The position numbers and the translations under genes are program-made. Positions 13,201 through 28,200 of a stretch of 64,000 nt of DNA are shown here, in pieces. The notes under the pieces are model-generated. The model saw only the letters and a program-made list of their open reading frames with translations, did no database searches and was not told the DNA's origin. The DNA is taken from positions 251,844,001 to 251,908,000 of the forward strand of contig CM097882.1 of assembly GCA_044892505.1 (NCBI GenBank), given 5' to 3'. Numbering within the stretch: position 1 is the first letter of the stretch; each line of letters starts with the position of its first letter. Source of the DNA: Schmidtea nova (Eukaryota).

Positions 13201-16200
13201 TGTGACAAGTTCAGAATCACCGACGACATCAAGCAGACAAACGTCGAGCTCAATACGAAGCACTAGTCCTTCAATTGAAACGTCATCAACGCCCGTAACA
13301 GTCACATCAATCAAGTCAAGTAGCCAACCAGAATTGTCTTCGAAATCACCAGAGAAAACGAGTGAGAAATCATCAAGTCTGATTAGCGTCGAAAGTTCGT
13401 CAACTGTATCGTCAACATCTTCAGCAACATCAACGACTGGAACAAGAAGCAGTGAAAGTTCTACAGTAAAACCTATCGAAAGCTCAACAAGCATTTCATC
13501 TAGTGAGAAAACAAGTGTGACACGTTCAGAATCACCGACGACATCAAGCAGACAAACCTCGAGCTCAATACGAAGCACTAGTCCTTCAATTGAAACGTCA
13601 TCAACGCCCGTAACAGTCACATCAATCAAGTCAAGTAGCCAACCAGAATTGTCTTCGAAATCACCAGAGAAAACGAGTGAGAAATCATCAAGTCTGATTA
13701 GCGTCGAAAGTTCGTCAACTGTATCGTCAACATCTTCAGCAACATCAACGACTGGAACAAGAAGCAGTGAAAGTTCTACAGTAAAACCTATCGAAAGCTC
13801 AACAAGCATTTCATCTAGTGAGAAAACAAGTGTGACAAGTTCAGAACAACCGACGACATCAAGCAGACAAACCTCGAGCTCAATACGAAGCACTAGTCCT
13901 TCAATTGAAACGTCATCAACGCCCGTAACAGTCACATCAATCAAGTCAAGTAGCCAACCAGAATTGTCTTCGAAATCACCAGAGAAAACGAGTGAGAAAT
14001 CATCAAGTCTGAGTAGCGTCGAAAGTTCGTCAACTGTATCGTCAACATCTTCAGCAACATCAACGACTGGAACAAGAAGCAGTGAAAGTTCTACAGTAAA
14101 ACCTATCGAAAGCTCAACAAGCATTTCATCTAGTGAGAAAACAAGTGTGACAAGTTCAGAACAACCGACGACATCAAGCAGACAAACCTCGAGCTCAATA
14201 CGAAGCACTAGTCCTTCAATTGAAACGTCATCAACGCCCGTAACAGTCACATCAATCAAGTCAAGTAGCCAACCAGAATTGTCTTCGAAATCACCAGAGA
14301 AAACGAGTGAGAAATCATCAAGTCTGAGTAGCGTCGAAAGTTCGTCAACTGTATTGTCAACATCTTCAGCAACATCAACGACTGGAACAAGAAGCAGTGA
14401 AAGTTCTACAGTAAAACCTATCGAAAGCTCAACAAGCATTTCATCTAGTGAGAAAACAAGTGTGACAAGTTCAGAATCACCGACGACATCAAGCAGACAA
14501 ACGTCGAGCTCAATACGAAGCACTAGTCCTTCAATTGAAACGTCATCAACGCCCGTAACAGTCACATCAATCAAGTCAAGTAGCCAACCAGAATTGTCTT
14601 CGAAATCACCAGAGAAAACGAGTGAGAAATCATCAAGTCTGATTAGCGTCGAAAGTTCGTCAACTGTATCGTCAACATCTTCAGCAACATCAACGACTGG
14701 AACAAGAAGCAGTGAAAGTTCTACAGTAAAACCTATCGAAAGCTCAACAAGCATTTCATCTAGTGAGAAAACAAGTGTGACACGTTCAGAATCACCGACG
14801 ACATCAAGCAGACAAACCTCGAGCTCAATACGAAGCACTAGTCCTTCAATTGAAACGTCATCAACGCCCGTAACAGTCACATCAATCAAGTCAAGTAGCC
14901 AACCAGAATTGTCTTCGAAATCACCAGAGAAAACGAGTGAGAAATCATCAAGTCTGATTAGCGTCGAAAGTTCGTCAACTGTATCGTCAACATCTTCAGC
15001 AACATCAACGACTGGAACAAGAAGCAGTGAAAGTTCTACAGTAAAACCTATCGAAAGCTCAACAAGCATTTCATCTAGTGAGAAAACAAGTGTGACAAGT
15101 TCAGAACAACCGACGACATCAAGCAGACAAACCTCGAGCTCAATACGAAGCACTAGTCCTTCAATTGAAACGTCATCAACGCCCGTAACAGTCACATCAA
15201 TCAAGTCAAGTAGCCAACCAGAATTGTCTTCGAAATCACCAGAGAAAACGAGTGAGAAATCATCAAGTCTGAGTAGCGTCGAAAGTTCGTCAACTGTATC
15301 GTCAACATCTTCAGCAACATCAACGACTGGAACAAGAAGCAGTGAAAGTTCTACAGTAAAACCTATCGAAAGCTCAACAAGCATTTCATCTAGTGAGAAA
15401 ACAAGTGTGACAAGTTCAGAACAACCGACGACATCAAGCAGACAAACCTCGAGCTCAATACGAAGCACTAGTCCTTCAATTGAAACGTCATCAACGCCCG
15501 TAACAGTCACATCAATCAAGTCAAGTAGCCAACCAGAATTGTCTTCGAAATCACCAGAGAAAACGAGTGAGAAATCATCAAGTCTGAGTAGCGTCGAAAG
15601 TTCGTCAACTGTATCGTCAACATCTTCAGCAACATCAACGACTGGAACAAGAAGCAGTGAAAGTTCTACAGTAAAACCTATCGAAAGCTCAACAAGCATT
15701 TCATCTAGTGAGAAAACAAGTGTGACAAGTTCAGAACAACCGACGACATCAAGCAGACAAACCTCGAGCTCAATAGGAAGCACTAGTCCTTCAATTGAAA
15801 CGTCATCAACGCCCGTAACAGTCACATCAATCAAGTCAAGTAGCCAACCAGAATTGTCTTCGAAATCACCAGAGAAAACGAGTGAGAAATCATCAAGTCT
15901 GAGTAGCGTCGAAAGTTCGTCAACTGTATCGTCAACATCTTCAGCAACATCAACGACTGGAACAAGAAGCAGTGAAAGTTCTACAGTAAAACCTATCGAA
16001 AGCTCAACAAGCATTTCATCTAGTGAGAAAACAAGTGTGACAAGTTCAGAACAACCGACGACATCAAGCAGACAAACCTCGAGCTCAATACGAAGCACTA
16101 GTCCTTCAATTGAAACGTCATCAACGCCCGTAACAGTCACATCAATCAAGTCAAGTAGCCAACCAGAATTGTCTTCGAAATCACCAGAGAAAACGAGTGA

Positions 16201-19200
16201 GAAATCATCAAGTCTGAGTAGCGTCGAAAGTTCGTCAACTGTATTGTCAACATCTTCAGCAACATCAACGACTGGAACAAGAAGCAGTGAAAGTTCTACA
16301 GTAAAACCTATCGAAAGCTCAACAAGCATTTCATCTAGTGAGAAAACAAGTGTGACAAGTTCAGAACAACCGACGACATCAAGCAGACAAACGTCGAGCT
16401 CAATAGGAAGCACTAGTCCTTCAATTGAAACGTCATCAACGCCCGTAACAGTCACATCAATCAAGTCAAGTAGCCAACCAGAATTGTCTTCGAAATCACC
16501 AGAGAAAACGAGTGAGAAATCATCAAGTCTGAGTAGCGTCGAAAGTTCGTCAACTGTATCGTCAACATCTTCAGCAACATCAACGACTGGAACAAGAAGC
16601 AGTGAAAGTTCTACAGTAAAACCTATCGAAAGCTCAACAAGCATTTCATCTAGTGAGAAAACAAGTGTGACAAGTTCAGAATCACCAACGACATCAAGCA
16701 GACAAACGTCGAGCTCAATAGGAAGCACTAGTCCTTCAATTGAAACGTCATCAACGCCCGTAACAGTCACATCAATCAAGTCAAGTAGCCAACCAGAATT
16801 GTCTTCGAAATCACCAGAGAAAACGAGTGAGAAATCATCAAGTCTGAGTAGCGTCGAAAGTTCGTCAACTGTATTGTCAACATCTTCAGCAACATCAACG
16901 ACTGGAACAAGAAGCAGTGAAAGTTCTACAGCAAAACCTATCGAAAGCTCAACAAGCATTTCATCTAGTGAGAAAACAAGTGTGACAAGTTCAGAATCAC
17001 CGACGACATCAAGCAGACAAACCTCGAGCTCAATACGAAGCACTAGTCCTTCAATTGAAACGTCATCAACGCCCGTAACAGTCACATCAATCAAGTCAAG
17101 TAGCCAACCAGAATTGTCTTCGAAATCACCAGAGAAAACGAGTGAGAAATCATCAAGTCTGAGTAGCGTCGAAAGTTCGTCAACTGTATCGTCAACATCT
17201 TCAGAAACATCAACGACTGGAACAAGAAGCAGTGAAAGTTCTACAGTAAAACCTATCGAAAGCTCAACAAGCATTTCATCTAGTGAGAAAACAAGTGAGA
17301 CAAGTTCAGAATCACCGACGACATCAAGCAGACAAACCTCGAGCTCAATACGAAGCACTAGTCCTTCAATTGAAACGTCATCAACGCCCGTAACAGTCAC
17401 ATCAATCAAGTCAAGTAGCCAACCAGAATTGTCTTCGAAATCACCAGAGAAAACGAGTGAGAAATCATCAAGTCTGAGTAGCGTCGAAAGTTCGTCAACT
17501 GTATCGTCAACATCTTCAGCAACATCAACGACTGGAACAAGAAGCAGTGAAAGTTCTACAGTAAAACCTATCGAAAGCTCAACAAGCATTTCATCTAGTG
17601 AGAAAACAAGTGTGACAAGTTCAGAACAACCGACGACATCAAGCAGACAAACGTCGAGCTCAATAGGAAGCACTAGTCCTTCAATTGAAACGTCATCAAC
17701 GCCCGTAACAGTCACATCAATCAAGTCAAGTAGCCAACCAGAATTGTCTTCGAAATCACCAGAGAAAACGAGTGAGAAATCATCAAGTCTGAGTAGCGTC
17801 GAAAGTTCGTCAACTGTATTGTCAACATCTTCAGCAACATCAACGACTGGAACAAGAAGCAGTGAAAGTTCTACAGTAAAATCTATCGAAAGCTCAACAA
17901 GCATTTCATCTAGTGAGAAAACAAGTGTGACAAGTTCAGAATCACCGACGACATCAAGCAGACAAACCTCGAGCTCAATAGGAAGCACTAGTCCTTCAAT
18001 TGAAACGTCATCAACGCCCGTAACAGTTACATCAATCAAGTCAAGTAGCCAACCAGAATTGTCTTCGAAATCACCAGAGAAAACGAGTGAGAAATCATCA
18101 AGTCTGAGTAGCGTCGAAAGTTCGTCAACTGTATCGTCAACATCTTCAGCAACATCAACGACTGGAACAAGAAGCAGTGAAAGTTCTACAGTAAAACCTA
18201 TCGAAAGCTCAACAAGCATTTCATCTAGTGAGAAAACAAGTGTGACAAGTTCAGAATCACCGACGACATCAAGCAGACAAACCTCGAGCTCAATACGAAG
18301 CACTAGTCCTTCAATTGAAACGTCATCAACGCCCGTAACAGTCACATCAATCAAGTCAAGTAGCCAACCAGAATTGTCTTCGAAATCACCAGAGAAAACG
18401 AGTGAGAAATCATCAAGTCTGAGTAGCGTCGAAAGTTCGTCATCTGTATCGTCAACATCTTCAGCAACATCAACGACTGGAACAAGAAGCAGTGAAAGTT
18501 CTACAGTAAAACCTATCGAAAGCTCAACAAGCATTTCATCTAGTGAGAAAACAAGTGTGACAAGTGCAGAATCACCGACGACATCAAGCAGACAAACCTC
18601 GAGCTCAATAGGAAGCACTAGTCCTTCAATTGAAACGTCATCAACGCCCGTAACAGTCACATCAATCAAGTCAAGTAGCCAACCAGAATTGTCTTCGAAA
18701 TCACCAGAGAAAACGAGTGAGAAATCATCAAGTCTGAGTAGCGTCGAAAGTTCGTCAACTGTATCGTCAACATCTTCAGCAACATCAACGACTGGAACAA
18801 GAAGCAGTGAAAGTTCTACAGTAAAACCTATCGAAAGCTCAACAAGCATTTCATCTAGTGAGAAAACAAGTGTGACAAGTTCAGAACAACCGACGACATC
18901 AAGCAGACAAACGTCGAGCTCAATACGAACCACTAGTCCTTCAATTGAAACGTCATCAACGCCCGTAACAGTCACATCAATCAGGTCAAGTAGCCAACCA
19001 GAATTGTCTTCGAAATCACCAGAGAAAACGAGTGAGAAATCATCAAGTCTGAGTAGCGTCGAAAGTTCGTCAACTGTATCGTCAACATCTTCAGCAACAT
19101 CAACGACTGGAACAAGAAGCAGTGAAAGTTCTACAGTAAAACCTATCGAAAGCTCAACAAGCATTTCATCTAGTGAGAAAACAAGTGTGACAAGTTCAGA

Positions 19201-22200
19201 ACAACCGACGACATCAAGCAGACAAACCTCGAGCTCAATACGAAGCACTAGTCCTTCAATTGAAACGTCATCAACGCCCGTAACAGTCACATCAATCAAG
19301 TCAAGTAGCCAACCAGAATTGTCTTCGAAATCACCAGAGAAAACGAGTGAGAAATCATCAAGTCTGAGTAGCGTCGAAAGTTCGTCAACTGTATCGTCAA
19401 CATCTTCAGCAACATCAACGACTGGAACAAGAAGCAGTGAAAGTTCTACAGTAAAACCTATCGAAAGCTCAACAAGCATTTCATCTAGTGAGAAAACAAG
19501 TGTGACAAGTTCAGAACAACCGACGACATCAAGCAGACAAACCTCGAGCTCAATACGAAGCACTAGTCCTTCAATTGAAACGTCATCAACGCCCGTAACA
19601 GTCACATCAATCAAGTCAAGTAGCCAACCAGAATTGTCTTCGAAATCACCAGAGAAAACGAGTGAGAAATCATCAAGTCTGAGTAGCGTCGAAAGTTCGT
19701 CAACTGTATTGTCAACATCTTCAGCAACATCAACGACTGGAACAAGAAGCAGTGAAAGTTCTACAGTAAAACCTATCGAAAGCTCAACAAGCATTTCATC
19801 TAGTGAGAAAACAAGTGTGACAAGTTCAGAACAACCGACGACATCAAGCAGACAAACGTCGAGCTCAATACGAAGCACTAGTCCTTCAATTGAAACGTCA
19901 TCAACGCCCGTAACAGTCACATCAATCAAGTCAAGTAGCCAACCAGAATTGTCTTCGAAATCACCAGAGAAAACGAGTGAGAAATCATCAAGTCTGAGTA
20001 GCGTCGAAAGTTCGTCAACTGTATCGTCAACATCTTCAGCAACATCAACGACTGGAACAAGAAGCAGTGAAAGTTCTACAGTAAAACCTATCGAAAGCTC
20101 AACAAGCATTTCATCTAGTGAGAAAACAAGTGTGACAAGTTCAGAACAACCGACGACATCAAGCAGACAAACGTCGAGCTCAATACGAAGCACTAGTCCT
20201 TCAATTGAAACGTCATCAACGCCCGTAACAGTCACATCAATCAAGTCAAGTAGCCAACCAGAATTGTCTTCGAAATCACCAGAGAAAACGAGTGAGAAAT
20301 CATCAAGTCTGAGTAGCGTCGAAAGTTCGTCAACTGTATTGTCAACATCTTCAGCAACATCAACGACTGGAACAAGAAGCAGTGAAAGTTCTACAGTAAA
20401 ATCTATCGAAAGCTCAACAAGCATTTCATCTAGTGAGAAAACAAGTGTGACAAGTTCAGAATCACCGACGACATCAAGCAGACAAACCTCGAGCTCAATA
20501 GGAAGCACTAGTCCTTCAATTGAAACGTCATCAACGCCCGTAACAGTTACATCAATCAAGTCAAGTAGCCAACCAGAATTGTCTTCGAAATCACCAGAGA
20601 AAACGAGTGAGAAATCATCAAGTCTGAGTAGCGTCGAAAGTTCGTCAACTGTATCGTCAACATCTTCAGCAACATCAACGACTGGAACAAGAAGCAGTGA
20701 AAGTTCTACAGTAAAACCTATCGAAAGCTCAACAAGCATTTCATCTAGTGAGAAAACAAGTGTGACAAGTTCAGAATCACCGACGACATCAAGCAGACAA
20801 ACCTCGAGCTCAATACGAAGCACTAGTCCTTCAATTGAAACGTCATCAACGCCCGTAACAGTCACATCAATCAAGTCAAGTAGCCAACCAGAATTGTCTT
20901 CGAAATCACCAGAGAAAACGAGTGAGAAATCATCAAGTCTGAGTAGCGTCGAAAGTTCGTCATCTGTATCGTCAACATCTTCAGCAACATCAACGACTGG
21001 AACAAGAAGCAGTGAAAGTTCTACAGTAAAACCTATCGAAAGCTCAACAAGCATTTCATCTAGTGAGAAAACAAGTGTGACAAGTGCAGAATCACCGACG
21101 ACATCAAGCAGACAAACCTCGAGCTCAATAGGAAGCACTAGTCCTTCAATTGAAACGTCATCAACGCCCGTAACAGTCACATCAATCAAGTCAAGTAGCC
21201 AACCAGAATTGTCTTCGAAATCACCAGAGAAAACGAGTGAGAAATCATCAAGTCTGAGTAGCGTCGAAAGTTCGTCAACTGTATCGTCAACATCTTCAGC
21301 AACATCAACGACTGGAACAAGAAGCAGTGAAAGTTCTACAGTAAAACCTATCGAAAGCTCAACAAGCATTTCATCTAGTGAGAAAACAAGTGTGACAAGT
21401 TCAGAACAACCGACGACATCAAGCAGACAAACCTCGAGCTCAATACGAAGCACTAGTCCTTCAATTGAAACGTCATCAACGCCCGTAACAGTCACATCAA
21501 TCAGGTCAAGTAGCCAACCAGAATTGTCTTCGAAATCACCAGAGAAAACGAGTGAGAAATCATCAAGTCTGAGTAGCGTCGAAAGTTCGTCAACTGTATC
21601 GTCAACATCTTCAGCAACATCAACGACTGGAACAAGAAGCAGTGAAAGTTCTACAGTAAAACCTATCGAAAGCTCAACAAGCATTTCATCTAGTGAGAAA
21701 ACAAGTGTGACAAGTTCAGAACAACCGACGACATCAAGCAGACAAACCTCGAGCTCAATACGAAGCACTAGTCCTTCAATTGAAACGTCATCAACGCCCG
21801 TAACAGTCACATCAATCAAGTCAAGTAGCCAACCAGAATTGTCTTCGAAATCACCAGAGAAAACGAGTGAGAAATCATCAAGTCTGAGTAGCGTCGAAAG
21901 TTCGTCAACTGTATCGTCAACATCTTCAGCAACATCAACGACTGGAACAAGAAGCAGTGAAAGTTCTACAGTAAAACCTATCGAAAGCTCAACAAGCATT
22001 TCATCTAGTGAGAAAACAAGTGTGACAAGTTCAGAACAACCGACGACATCAAGCAGACAAACCTCGAGCTCAATACGAAGCACTAGTCCTTCAATTGAAA
22101 CGTCATCAACGCCCGTAACAGTCACATCAATCAAGTCAAGTAGCCAACCAGAATTGTCTTCGAAATCACCAGAGAAAACGAGTGAGAAATCATCAAGTCT

Positions 22201-25200
22201 GAGTAGCGTCGAAAGTTCGTCAACTGTATTGTCAACATCTTCAGCAACATCAACGACTGGAACAAGAAGCAGTGAAAGTTCTACAGTAAAACCTATCGAA
22301 AGCTCAACAAGCATTTCATCTAGTGAGAAAACAAGTGTGACAAGTTCAGAACAACCGACGACATCAAGCAGACAAACGTCGAGCTCAATACGAACCACTA
22401 GTCCTTCAATTGAAACGTCATCAACGCCCGTAACAGTCACATCAATCAAGTCAAGTAGCCAACCAGAATTGTCTTCGAAATCACCAGAGAAAACGAGTGA
22501 GAAATCATCAAGTCTGAGTAGCGTCGAAAGTTCGTCAACTGTATTGTCAACATCTTCAGCAACATCAACGACTGGAACAAGAAGCAGTGAAAGTTCTACA
22601 GTAAAACCTATCGAAAGCTCAACAAGCATTTCATCTAGTGAGAAAACAAGTGTGACAAGTTCAGAACAACCGACGACATCAAGCAGACAAACGTCGAGCT
22701 CAATAGGAAGCACTAGTCCTTCAATTGAAACGTCATCAACGCCCGTAACAGTCACATCAATCAAGTCAAGTAGCCAACCAGAATTGTCTTCGAAATCACC
22801 AGAGAAAACGAGTGAGAAATCATCAAGTCTGATTAGCGTCGAAAGTTCGTCAACTGTATCGTCAACATCTTCAGCAACATCAACGACTGGAACAAGAAGC
22901 AGTGAAAGTTCTACAGTAAAACCTATCGAAAGCTCAACAAGCATTTCATCTAGTGAGAAAACAAGTGTGACAAGTTCAGAATCACCGACGACATCAAGCA
23001 GACAAACCTCGAGCTCAATACGAAGCACTAGTCCTTCAATTGAAACGTCATCAACGCCCGTAACAGTCACATCAATCAAGTCAAGTAGCCAACCAGAATT
23101 GTCTTCAAAATCACCAGAGAAAACGAGTGAGAAATCATCAAGTCTGATTAGCGTCGAAAGTTCGTCAACTGTATCGTCAACATCTTCAGCAACATCAACG
23201 ACTGGAACAAGAAGCAGTGAAAGTTCTACAGTAAAACCTATCGAAAGCTCAACAAGCATTTCATCTAGTGAGAAAACAAGTGTAACAAGTTCAGAACAAC
23301 CGACGACATCAAGCAGACAAACGTCGAGCTCAATAGGAAGCACTAGTCCTTCAATTGAAACGTCATCAACGCCCGTAACAGTCACATCAATCAAGTCAAG
23401 TAGCCAACCAGAATTGTCTTCGAAATCACCAGAGAAAACGAGTGAGAAATCATCAAGTCTGAGTAGCGTCGAAAGTTCGTCAACTGTATTGTCAACATCT
23501 TCAGCAACATCAACGACTGGAACAAGAAGCATTGAAAGTTCTACAGTAAAACCTATCGAAAGCTCAACAAGCATTTCATCTAGTGAGAAAACAAGTGTGA
23601 CAAGTTCAGAATCACCGACGACATCAAGCAGACAAACCTCGAGCTCAATAGGAAGCACTAGTCCTTCAATTGAAACGTCATCAACGCCCGTAACAGTCAC
23701 ATCAATCAAGTCAAGTAGCCAACCAGAATTGTCTTCGAAATCACCAGAGAAAACGAGTGAGAAATCATCAAGTCTGAGTAGCGTCGAAAGTTCGTCAACT
23801 GTATCGTCAATATCTTCAGCAACATCAACGACTGGAACAAGAAGCAGTGAAAGTTCTACAGTAAAACCTATCGAAAGCTCAACAAGCATTTCATCTAGTG
23901 AGAAAACAAGTGTGACAAGTTCAGAACAACCGACGACATCAAACAGACAAACCTCGAGCTCAATACGAAGCACTAGTCCTTCAATTGAAACGTCATCAAC
24001 GCCCGTAACAGTCACATCAATCAGGTCAAGTAGCCAACCAGAATTGTCTTCGAAATCACCAGAGAAAACGAGTGAGAAATCATCAAGTCTGAGTAGCGTC
24101 GAAAGTTCGTCAACTGTATCGTCAACATCTTCAGCAACATCAACGACTGGAACAAGAAGCAGTGAAAGTTCTACAGTAAAACCTATCGAAAGCTCAACAA
24201 GCATTTCATCTAGTGAGAAAACAAGTGTGACAAGTTCAGAACAACCGACGACATCAAGCAGACAAACCTCGAGCTCAATAGGAAGCACTAGTCCTTCAAT
24301 TGAAACGTCATCAACGCCCGTAACAGTCACATCAATCAAGTCAAGTAGCCAACCAGAATTGTCTTCGAAATCACCAGAGAAAACGAGTGAGAAATCATCA
24401 AGTCTGAGTAGCGTCGAAAGTTCGTCAACTGTATCGTCAACATCTTCAGCAACATCAACGACTGGAACAAGAAGCAGTGAAAGTTCTACAGTAAAACCTA
24501 TCGAAAGCTCAACAAGCATTTCATCTAGTGAGAAAACAAGTGTGACAAGTTCAGAACAACCGACGACATCAAGCAGACAAACCTCGAGCTCAATACGAAG
24601 CACTAGTCCTTCAATTGAAACGTCATCAACGCCCGTAACAGTCACATCAATCAAGTCAAGTAGCCAACCAGAATTGTCTTCGAAATCACCAGAGAAAACG
24701 AGTGAGAAATCATCAAGTCTGAGTAGCGTCGAAAGTTCGTCAACTGTATTGTCAACATCTTCAGCAACATCAACGACTGGAACAAGAAGCAGTGAAAGTT
24801 CTACAGTAAAACCTATCGAAAGCTCAACAAGCATTTCATCTAGTGAGAAAACAAGTGTGACAAGTTCAGAACAACCGACGACATCAAGCAGACAAACGTC
24901 GAGCTCAATAGGAAGCACTAGTCCTTCAATTGAAACGTCATCAACGCCCGTAACAGTCACATCAATCAAGTCAAGTAGCCAACCAGAATTGTCTTCGAAA
25001 TCACCAGAGAAAACGAGTGAGAAATCATCAAGTCTGAGTAGCGTCGAAAGTTCGTCAACTGTATCGTCAACATCTTCAGCAACATCAACGACTGGAACAA
25101 GAAGCAGTGAAAGTTCTACAGTAAAACCTATCGAAAGCTCAACAAGCATTTCATCTAGTGAGAAAACAAGTGTGACAAGTTCAGAACAACCGACGACATC

Positions 25201-28200
25201 AAGCAGACAAACCTCGAGCTCAATACGAAGCACTAGTCCTTCAATTGAAACGTCATCAACGCCCGTAACAGTCACATCAATCAAGTCAAGTAGCCAACCA
25301 GAATTGTCTTCGAAATCACCAGAGAAAACGAGTGAGAAATCATCAAGTCTGAGTAGCGTCGAAAGTTCGTCAACTGTATCGTCAACATCTTCAGCAACAT
25401 CAACGACTGGAACAAGAAGCAGTGAAAGTTCTACAGTAAAACCTATCGAAAGCTCAACAAGCATTTCATCTAGTGAGAAAACAAGTGTGACAAGTTCAGA
25501 ACAACCGACGACATCAAGCAGACAAACGTCGAGCTCAATAGGAAGCACTAGTCCTTCAATTGAAACGTCATCAACGCCCGTAACAGTCACATCAATCAAG
25601 TCAAGTAGCCAACCAGAATTGTCTTCGAAATCACCAGAGAAAACGAGTGAGAAATCATCAAGTCTGAGTAGCGTCGAAAGTTCGTCAACTGTATTGTCAA
25701 CATCTTCAGCAACATCAACGACTGGAACAAGAAGCATTGAAAGTTCTACAGTAAAACCTATCGAAAGCTCAACAAGCATTTCATCTAGTGAGAAAACAAG
25801 TGTGACAAGTTCAGAATCACCGACGACATCAAGCAGACAAACGTCGAGCTCAATAGGAAGCACTAGTCCTTCAATTGAAACGTCATCAACGCCCGTAACA
25901 GTCACATCAATCAAGTCAAGTAGCCAACCAGAATTGTCTTCGAAATCACCAGAGAAAACGAGTGAGAAATCATCAAGTCTGAGTAGCGTCGAAAGTTCGT
26001 CAACTGTATCGTCAACATCTTCAGCAACATCAACGACTGGAACAAGAAGCATTGAAAGTTCTACAGTAAAACCTATCGAAAGCTCAACAAGCATTTCATC
26101 TAGTGAGAAAACAAGTGTGACAAGTTCAGAATCACCGACGACATCAAGCAGACAAACGTCGAGCTCAATAGGAAGCACTAGTCCTTCAATTGAAACGTCA
26201 TCAACGCCCGTAACAGTCACATCAATCAAGTCAAGTAGCCAACCAGAATTGTCTTCGAAATCACCAGAGAAAACGAGTGAGAAATCATCAAGTCTGATTA
26301 GCGTCGAAAGTTCGTCAACTGTATCGTCAACATCTTCAGCAACATCAACGACTGGAACAAGAAGCAGTGAAAGTTCTACAGTAAAACCTATCGAAAGCTC
26401 AACAAGCATTTCATCTAGTGAGAAAACAAGTGTGACAAGTTCAGAATCACCGACGACATCAAGCAGACAAACCTCGAGCTCAATACGAAGCACTAGTCCT
26501 TCAATTGAAACGTCATCAACGCCCGTAACAGTCACATCAATCAAGTCAAGTAGCCAACCAGAATTGTCTTCGAAATCACCAGAGAAAACGAGTGAGAAAT
26601 CATCAAGTCTGAGTAGCGTCGAAAGTTCGTCAAGTGTATTGTCAACATCTTCAGCAACATCAACGACTGGAACAAGAAGCATTGAAAGTTCTACAGTAAA
26701 ACCTATCGAAAGCTCAACAAGCATTTCATCTAGTGAGAAAACAAGTGTGACAAGTTCAGAACAACCGACGACATCAAGCAGACAAACCTCGAGCTCAATA
26801 CGAAGCACTAGTCCTTCAATTGAAACGTCATCAACGCCCGTAACAGTCACATCAATCAAGTCAAGTAGCCAACCAGAATTGTCTTCGAAATCACCAGAGA
26901 AAACGAGTGAGAAATCATCAAGTCTGAGTAGCGTCGAAAGTTCGTCAACTGTATCGTCAACATCTTCAGCAACATCAACGACTGGAACAAGAAGCAGTGA
27001 AAGTTCTACAGTAAAACCTATCGAAAGCTCAACAAGCATTTCATCTAGTGAGAAAACAAGTGTGACAAGTTCAGAATCACCGACGACATCAAGCAGACAA
27101 ACGTCGAGCTCAATAGGAAGCACTAGTCCTTCAATTGAAACGTCATCAACGCCCGTAACAGTCACATCAATCAAGTCAAGTAGCCAACCAGAATTGTCTT
27201 CGAAATCACCAGAGAAAACGAGTGAGAAATCATCAAGTCTGAGTAGCGTCGAAAGTTCGTCAACTGTATCGTCAACATCTTCAGCAACATCAACGACTGG
27301 AACAAGAAGCAGTGAAAGTTCTACAGTAAAACCTATCGAAAGCTCAACAAGCATTTCATCTAGTGAGAAAACAAGTGTGACAAGTTCAGAACAACCGACG
27401 ACATCAAGCAGACAAACGTCGAGCTCAATACGAAGCACTAGTCCTTCAATTGAAACGTCATCAACGCCCGTAACAGTCACATCAATCAAGTCAAGTAGCC
27501 AACCAGAATTGTCTTCGAAATCACCAGAGAAAATGAGTGAGAAATCATCAAGTCTAAGTAGCGTCGAAAGTTCGTCATCTGTATCGTCAACATCTTCAGC
27601 AACATCAACGACTGGAACAAGAAGCAGTGAAAGTTCTACAGTAAAACCTATTGAAAGCTCAACAAGCATTTCATCTAGTGAGAAAACAAGTGTGACAAGT
27701 TCAGAACAACCGACGACATCAAGCAGACAAACCTCGAGCTCAATACGAAGCACTAGTCCTTCAATTGAAACGTCATCAACGCCCGTAACAGTCACATCAA
27801 TCAAGTCAAGTAGCCAACCAGAATTGTCTTCGAAATCACCAGAGAAAACGAGTGAGAAATCATCAAGTCTGAGTAGCGTCGAAAGTTCGTCAACTGTATT
27901 GTCAACATCTTCAGCAACATCAACGACTGGAACAAGAAGCATTGAAAGTTCTACAGTAAAACCTATCGAAAGCTCAACAAGCATTTCATCTAGTGAGAAA
28001 ACAAGTGTGACAAGTTCAGAACAACCGACGACATCAAGCAGACAAACGTCGAGCTCAATAGGAAGCACTAGTCCTTCAATTGAAACGTCATCAACGCCCG
28101 TAACAGTCACATCAATCAAGTCAAGTAGCCAACCAGAATTGTCTTCGAAATCACCAGAGAAAACGAGTGAGAAATCATCAAGTCTAAGTAGCGTCGAAAG

